A stretch of DNA of 64,000 bases, taken from assembly GCA_964016885.1 (NCBI GenBank), contig OZ024745.1, forward strand, positions 23,932,001 to 23,996,000, read 5' to 3'. The stretch comes from Eledone cirrhosa (taxonomy: Eukaryota). Shown one piece after another: positions 55,957 to 64,000 of this stretch. Numbering within the stretch: the first letter of the stretch is position 1; each line of letters opens with the position of its first letter. Made by a program: the position numbers and the translations under genes. The notes under the pieces are model-generated. The model was not told the DNA's origin and did not search any database. It saw only the letters and a list, made by a program, of their open reading frames with translations.

Positions 55957-56004
<48 letters not shown>

Positions 56005-56047
56005 CAAAATGCTAACAAATGAAAAATATTCTCATAATCAAAATATA

Positions 56048-56113
56048 TACTTTATTATATATATTTCAAAGGTACTGTGTTGTTTTTTCAGTACGTCCTC
56101 ATCAGACAAAATA
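56048..56113 (-). ncRNA. Type I hammerhead, family of 6694-6759
   Basis: UAUUUUGU CUGAUGA ggacguacug..caguaccuuu GAAA UAUAUA UA AUAAAGUA. Confidence 0.7.
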
Positions 56114-56769
56114 TATGATTTGATATATGACATATCGCAACGGTCTTGATTATTCAATTCCAGTATTGGCAGTGATTTATTTCATCAAATCTCAACGTTT
56201 TTATACCACAAATAATATGATAAACTTAAAGAAGAAAAGGACGTAGAGCAAATTAGAGATATAAGAGCGGGTGTAAAGAAGAGGAAAGGCAAGAAATAAA
56301 TAAATAAATACATCCATATATAGATAAATAAATAAAAAAATAAATGGATGAATGAATAAAAGAAATATATAAAAAAGAAAAGAGGAATAACAACAAAAGA
56401 GAGGGAAGGTGTGGGGAAAGTAAAAGGGAACAAATGTGTGTGTGTGGGGTGGGGTGGGGGTTAAGATAAATAAAAAAAATAAGGGAACATCGAATAGAGG
56501 GGGATAAAAAAAAAACCGTTGTTTTCAAATTTTAGATCAAATAAGACATCAAATCTATTCACATAAACAATAGAATATCTGTATTTGATTATGCTTTAGC
56601 TAATTATACTTATATATTATATCGAAATTAATCACTATAGATTACTTTCTATAGCAATCACATATTTAGTTTAATTATAAATTTATATAATTTAATTTAA
56701 CTTATTATAGATTATTATAATTTTAAATTTTAAGATAAGATATTCTATAAATATTTTGTTACAACTTTA

Positions 56770-57560
56770 AAAGAATTCGACGACTTCTTTAATACGATGT
56801 CTGAAACATTGGCCTGCCTCAATCAGATGATCTTTATCTCTTTTCGATATTGTACTAGTTATGGCAGCCATCAGGCATTTCTATTGTGTTATGGGGGCGT
56901 TGAATGACTTCTATCTAAACTATGCCCCATGCGTAGTAGTTCAATGGATTTAGGTATGGAGAGCCAGGTGGCCATATGTTTGGGGTGATGTGACCGTGAA
57001 AATTGTAAGTCATCCATTCTTTGGTCGTTCTGGCCTTATGAGACGCTGCAGAGTCTTGTTGGTCTTCCTTGGCTAACGCTCTCTATCCAAATCCTCACTA
57101 TCCTAGCATTGATCCTGAAGCCCTGAGGAAGAAAGTGAAGGGCCATGATATCTCCCTGGCTGCTCACGACTCCCAGAACCTTCACAGCTGCAGAAAACCA
57201 TGTGTATATAAGTGTTGGAAAGTCTTTATGATCTCTGCGTACCCATTTATCATTCCTTGGCTTGATGTTTTGGTCTTGACCAAAGTTTTTCTCATCAGAG
57301 AGGAACCAAAGCATTCCTGGTTTTTGATGTTTCAACTTGTTCAACAAGAGCTTTGCACGGATTAGCCGGTCGTCTTTTGTCTTTGCAAGAACATTAGTAA
57401 TTTTCTCCTAGGTGCAGAATACCTTGTATCACAGGCCTGTTCAGAGATGATCAGCTGCTTAATCACAATAACAATAACTAAATTTTGAGTAACTTCAGAG
57501 CAATTTATTACCTGCTGGTTCAGTGTTGCCATCTTCAGCTTCATAATCAACATGAAATGT
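56770..57560 (-). pseudogene. Tc1/mariner-superfamily (maT/DD37D-like) transposase relic
   Basis: WFLSDEKNF..NDKW..VKVLGVVSSQGDIM and QQDSAASHKA..WPPGSPYLNPLNYYAWG, with stops and frameshifts. Confidence 0.82.
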
Positions 57561-58039
57561 GCGCCAACTTAATTTGTATAATATTTCTTAGAGAAGTGAA
57601 TTCGACTGGGAATACAATAAATTTTCAGAGATGCCTTGTTCGAGTTTTTTTTTAGTTGACCGATTTCTATGTTGACCGACCATTGGTCCATTGGCCGGAT
57701 GTTGATTTTCATTTCATGTGTGAATATAATCAGGGTATTGTTTCACGTATGTAATATATAGGTTATCACCATTGGCATTGAACAATTTCAACATGTGAAA
57801 TCCATGTCGTTATGGCGCCTGTGACGTTTATAGCTGTTGTCATCTGATAGATTAACATACCAACGTCACATAAAATATAATATTAGCATATTGATCGAGA
57901 GTAAATGTATGTATGTATGTATGTATGTATGTATGTATGTATGTATGTATGTATGTATGTATGTATGTATGTATGTATGTATGTATGTATGTATGTATGT
58001 ATGTATGTATGTACGTATGTATGTATGTATGTATGTATA

Positions 58040-59340
58040 TTCTTCTGGTTTATAATTTCACAAATTTTTACCAATAGAGAGAGAGTCGGTTTCTAACATA
58101 GACACAGGACTCTCTCATTTGAATTTACACAACATCAAGTAGGTAGATTATGTATGCATGTCTGCATGTGTAGATATGGATGTTATTGTATGTGTGGATG
58201 TGTATATTTTGAGTTGTATGTGTGCATGTGTATATGCTTTGTATCTGTACATGTGTATATGCAGCTATTAGATGCAACATTTTTGGAATGTTTTACATAT
58301 TTTTAATGTTCCATTAATGGATTATACTTGTAATTTCCTAACTAGTTGTGTTCTTTCTGTTCCTGTGAAGCCTAGCTTCTCAAGATTTGTATTCAGGAAA
58401 TTAGTAACATACCCCAGTGCCCCAATAATCACAGGCATAAATCTGAAGGTGTAATCAGGGTGGAGTATCTGCAGATTTCTCATCAGTTCTGCATAAATAT
58501 TCTCCTTTTCGCTAATCTTTGATATTATATTGGCATCTGCTGGGGAGGTAATTTCCACTATTGTGCATGCTTTCTTTTCCCTGTCCCATATCATAATATC
58601 TGGTCTGTTATGCCTGCATTTTATTGGGGTTTTTACTGGAACATTCCACCAGTACTCTTTCATATTATGTACATGGATGTCTTCCACATTGCTGTAGCTT
58701 TTAATGTGTTTATTATGGGGGCTATCTTTTTTACGAACTGCATTGTACAGTGTTTTGGCCACTACATCATGCCTCATAGGTAGATAGTACCGCGATGACA
58801 TATTTGGACAGCTGCTGATGACATGGGTGATATCCTAGATGTTAATTCTGCAGAGTCTGCACTTGTTATCACATCTAGGTGTTTTACCTGCAACCCTATC
58901 TCTTTTGTGAATCAGGTATTTCGTGTTAATTTCCTGTTCTTGGATTGCAAAAGCGTATCCTTCAAAGTGGGAGCCAATATACGGTTTGTTGGTCCAAGAT
59001 AGACTACTTTCCTTATCTATATTATTCTCACTCTGGAGCTTCCTGGCAACATATCCATGCATGATTTTTTGCTGATAAGCATGCAGTTTTTCATCCATGG
59101 ATTCACTGCGATACTGCTGAGCGAATTCCCTGGGTGTGAGTTTTTGATTATCTCACAGGGAATATTTCTCGAGGAGTTCCTTCCCAACTCTCATGATCTT
59201 ATCTGTTTCATGCAGATAGACTTGCTCGAGAAACGGGCTCCTACGCTTCGGGGTTCGTAGATGTTGTCGGAGAGATATGATGCGACATTCAAATGTTGTC
59301 TGGACTGATGTTAGGCCTCTGCCTCCCTGCTTACGGTCTA
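58040..59340 (-). mobile_element. 5'-truncated R4/Dong-clade non-LTR retrotransposon (RLE endonuclease)
   Basis: RKQGGRGL, FAIQEQEINTK, CRLC..ITHVISSC (zinc knuckle), RHDVVAK, NRPDIMIWD..IVEITSP (PD..D/E RLE), PVIIGALG. Flanked by (TATG)n on both sides. Confidence 0.9.
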
Positions 59341-60218
59341 TGTATGTTTGTATGTATGTGTAGAAATAGTTTGTTATAACATTACGTGATAATGATATTG
59401 CTAACCAAAATGTGAAAAACGAAACACGACGAAGCAATGATATTATATAGATATAACAAAAAAGTATTTATGACGTTCCTTCTTTCCTACAACTTATATT
59501 TATGTTTCATAAATTTCTATTTCTCTGCTCGTTTACAGTACCTTATTATTTCTTGAAGGAACCGATAATGTAAACAATCGTATATTTTCATACATTTTTA
59601 GACTAGTTATAAATTCTGTTCAATTTCTGTCCGAGTCAGGATATATAAGGTCGATGACCATTAAGTCATAGTTTATAGTTATGTCTGTTTTGTTCTATCA
59701 CTCATATTCACACGAAACAATATTTTCTTTTCTAAGAGTTCCTGTTTTGTCGAGAATTGAAAATATTGAATGAAAATACATTTAGAATAATATAGGTGTA
59801 TATAAAGACATATGTGATATGTTTATATAATAAACTTACGTAAGTCTCACTATGAATATTTTAGACTATGATCATGTTACAGATATCTCAGTAACCGTGC
59901 AAGAATGTCAGACACATGTTTCTGGATTTCTATCCATCATTGCTGGCGTTTACCTGAACTCCGTTAAAAACACGTAAGAGTTTTCTAGAGGTATTACAGT
60001 ACCGTGGAAAAAGAAGAAGAAGAAGAAGAAGAAGAAGAAGAAGAAGAAGAACTTTCCTTGTTCTTTTAAAAGATACGCTTATAGAAAAACTACATATCTG
60101 ACGTATTATGTCTAGACTGGCATTTGTTAGAAGATTAAAGAGAAGTGAAAAGTGATGTCATTTGTATAAGTGTGTGACATCGTTAGAATTAATAGCAAGT
60201 AAGACGTCCATATACAGA

Positions 60219-60323
60219 GTGGTGGTGGTGATGGTGGTGGTGGTTGATGGTGGTGGTGGTGATGGTGGTGCTGGTGGTGGTGGTGGTGGTGGTGGTGGTG
60301 GTGGGGGTTGATGGTGGTGGTGG

Positions 60324-60391
<68 letters not shown>

Positions 60392-60993
60392 GGTGGTGGT
60401 GGTGGTGGTGGTGGTGGATGATGGTGGTGGTGGTGGTGGTGGTGGTGGTTGATGGTGGTGGTGGTGGTGATGGTGGTGGTGGTGATGGTGGTAGTGGTGG
60501 TGGTGGTGGTGATGGTGGTGGTTGATGGTGGTGGTGGTGATGGTAGTGGTGGTGGTGGTGGTAGTAGTGGTGGTGGTGGTGGTGGTGGTGGTGGTGGTAG
60601 CGGTGGTGTTGGTGTTGGTGGTGGTTGATGGTGGTGGTGGTGATGGTGGTGGTGGTGGTGGTGGTGGTGGTGGTGGTTGATGGTAGTGGTGGTGATGGTG
60701 GTGATGGTGGTAGGGTGGTGGTTGATGGTGTTGGTGGTGGTAGTGGTGGTGGTGGTGGTGGTGGTAGTGGTGGTGGTGGTGGTGGTGGTGGTGGTGGTGG
60801 TGGTGGCGGCGGAGGTGGTTGTGGTGGTGGTGGTTATGGTGGTGGTGGAGGGTAATGGTGGTGGTAGTGGTGGTGGTGGTTGTGGTGGTGGTGGTGGTGG
60901 TGGTGGTGGTGGTGGTGGTGGTGGTGGTGGTGATGGTGGTGATGGTGGTGATGGTGGTGATGGTGGTGGTGGTGGTGGTTGTGGTGGTGGTGG
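60219..60993. repeat. (GGT)n/(GTT)n tract
   Basis: Direct composition. Confidence 0.95.
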
Positions 60994-61177
60994 ATAAAGT
61001 GTTCGAAGCATTGCTAGAATCGAGTACGACTTGGTAGAATGTACCATTCTTTCTTTAAAGGTTTTAGGTGCCCATGCAGTCGCGAGCAGACACAGACACA
61101 AACTCTCTATCCCATCTTCCTTAATCCAGCGGAACATTCAAGATGTAACAGTTGGAAGGAAAGACGATTGCGCCAGT

Positions 61178-61320
61178 AGTACTGGGCTGGTACTTTCTTT
61201 ATCGACCCCGAATGTATTAAAAGCAATGTGAAGAATGAACTCAGGATTTGAACTCAGAACGTAAAGAACAAGAACAAATATTTAAAGTATTTTGCTCGGT
61301 GCTCTGAAGATTCTGCCAAT
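61178..61320 (-). mobile_element. Degenerate SINE copy
   Basis: ctggtactttctttatcgacccc..ggatttgaactcagaacgtaaag..gattctgccaat. Confidence 0.75.
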
Positions 61321-61339
61321 CGAGGGTCTTGGATATAGT

Positions 61340-61469
61340 TAGTAGTAGTAGTACCAATAGTAGTAGTAGTACCAATAGTAGTAGTAGTAGCAATAGTAGT
61401 AGTAGTAGCAATAGTAATAGTAGTAGCAATAGTAGTAGTAATACTATTAATACTGATTATTACAACATT

Positions 61470-61523
<54 letters not shown>

Positions 61524-63121
61524 TTATTACAACATAACAACAACAACAACAACGACAACGACAACAACAACAACAACAACAACAACAGCAACAACAGCAA
61601 CGATTAAAACATTATTACAACATTACAACAACAACAACAACAACAGCAACAACAACAACAATAACAACATTATTACAACAACAACAACAACAACAACGAC
61701 GACAACATTATTACAACATTACAACAGCAACAACAACAACAAAAACCAGAACACAGTTACTATGTAACAACAACTAAGTTTACAATATATGAACAATAAC
61801 AGCAACAAAAACAAAACTATTTAAACATGACAACAACAACATAACAAACAAAAGAAAAATAACAGCAACAAGATTATTTCAATATGACATCAACATCAAC
61901 AACAAGAACACTATTGCAACATAACAACGGCAACAACAATAACAACAAGAGAACAGCAACATAACAACGGCAACAACAACAACAATAACAAGAGAACAGC
62001 AACATCACCACTGTTACAATAACTACAACAATTAACTATTCTAACAACAACAACAACAGTAACAGTAACAAGAACAATATTACGACAACAGCAACAACAA
62101 CAAGAACACAGCTACAACATAAGAACAACAGCGATAATAAAATATAACAACGATAACTACAACGACAACAACAACAACAACAGAACTACTTCAACAAAGA
62201 CAACAACAACAACAACAGAACTACTTCAACAAAGACAACAACAACAACAACAGAACTACTTCAACAAAGACAACAACAACAACAACAACAGCAACACTAT
62301 TACAACATAACTACAAAAACACCAGTAACAAAGACAACAACAACAACAAACAACACCATTATTACAACATAACAAACACAGCAACAGCTTCAATAAGATA
62401 ATGGTATAAACAAAATCGTATATTCAACCACCACCACCACCACCACCACCACCACCACCATCACTACCATCACCACCATCACCACCACAACAAACATCAC
62501 CACCACCACCACCACCACCACCACCACCAACCACAACATCACCACCACCACCACCAACCACAACATCACCACCACCACCACCACCACCACCACCACCACC
62601 ACCACCACCACCAACCACAACATCATCACCACCACCACCACCACCACCACCACCAACCACAACATCACCACTCCCACCACCAACCACAATATCATCACCA
62701 TCATCAACACCACCACCACCACCACCACCACCAACCACAACATCATTACCACCACCACCAACCACAACATCACCACCACCACCATCACCCCCCCCCCCCC
62801 CACCACCACCAACCACAACATCATCACCATCATCAACACCACCACCACCAGCACCACCACCACCAACCACAACATCACCACCACCACCACCAACCACAAC
62901 ATCACCACCACCACCACCACCACCAACCACAACATCATCACCACCACCACCACCACCACCACCACCAACCACAACATCACCACCACCACCATCACCACCC
63001 CACCACCAACCACAACACCACCACCACCACCACCACCACCACCACCACCACCACCACCACCACCACCACCACCACCAACCACAACATCATCACCATCATC
63101 AACACCACCACCACCACCACC

Positions 63122-63153
<32 letters not shown>

Positions 63154-63507
63154 CAGTGACGAGAACAAAAGCAGTGTTTTACAAATCCCAGTAACGGAAG
63201 AACATGAGATCAACAGAAATAACAGAAACAAGTTGAACAATGAAAACTAAAATAAAAATAAAAACAAAAAAATGACAAAGAAAAGCAACAACAACAATAA
63301 CAACAATAACAACAATAAGAATAAAACAAGTACAGCGTCAAAGACAAACAACAACAACAATAACAACAATAACAATAACTATAACAACAGTAGTAACACA
63401 TGATGTCAAAGAAAACAACAGATTATGTCAATAAAATGACATCAAACTCACTTCCATAGTAACAACGATAACAACAACAATACCAACACCTACAACAGAA
63501 ACAGCAA

Positions 63508-63539
<32 letters not shown>

Positions 63540-63763
63540 ACTACAAAAGAAACAGCAACAACAACAACAGCAACAGCAACAGCAGCAACAACTACAAAAG
63601 AAACAGCAACAACAACAACAGCAGCAGCAACAACGACGACAACAACAACAACAACAGCAACAGCAACAACAACAACAACAACAGTAACAACAACAAAAAC
63701 AGCAACAACAGTAAAAACATCAACAACATCAACGATAAAAACAAAAACAACAACAACTACATT

Positions 63764-63820
<57 letters not shown>

Positions 63821-64000
63821 AACACCAACAACAACAACTACATCAACAACGACGACAACAACATCAACGACGACAACAACAACTAGATCAACAGTTACAA
63901 CGACAACAGTTACAACAACAACAGTAACAACAACAACAGTACCAACAACAAAAACAGCAACAACAGTAAAAACATCAACAACATCAACGACAAAAACAAA
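61340..64000. repeat. (AGT)n, (ACA)n and (ACC)n low-complexity tracts to the window end
   Basis: Direct composition. Confidence 0.93.

Larger units (their letters stand above)
53479..55960 (+). mobile_element. 5'-truncated Penelope-like element (Naiad-like) bracketed by ~240-bp inverted terminal repeats
   Basis: 53479-53717 is the reverse complement of 55721-55960. The internal ORF relic has GIY-YIG. Both repeats carry hammerheads. Confidence 0.88.

Overview
Eukaryotic, AT-rich, repeat-saturated non-coding DNA. The microsatellite load and SINE families suggest an octopus or other coleoid cephalopod; this is an inference from recall, not a search. I find no intact host protein-coding gene, and almost all ORF-track entries are translations of (AT)n, (GT)n, (ACC)n, (ACA)n or (GTA)n tracts. 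The window holds: three Penelope-like element (PLE) fragments with RT and/or GIY-YIG domains; RTE, Tx1/L1 and R4/Dong LINE fragments; mariner and maT transposase relics; several MITEs; a non-autonomous Helitron; and more than 12 copies of one tRNA-derived SINE. The most striking signal is RNA structure. A near-perfect 467-bp tandem array (about 6.5 direct units plus a terminal inverted partial unit, 27378-30751) carries one minimal type I hammerhead ribozyme per unit, which is the architecture of a retrozyme-like, circular-RNA-producing element. About ten more hammerhead folds of several families, some with very long or branched stem II, sit in PLE terminal repeats and in fold-back inverted duplications embedded in (AT)n tracts. 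All folds were read by eye and none has been tested for activity.
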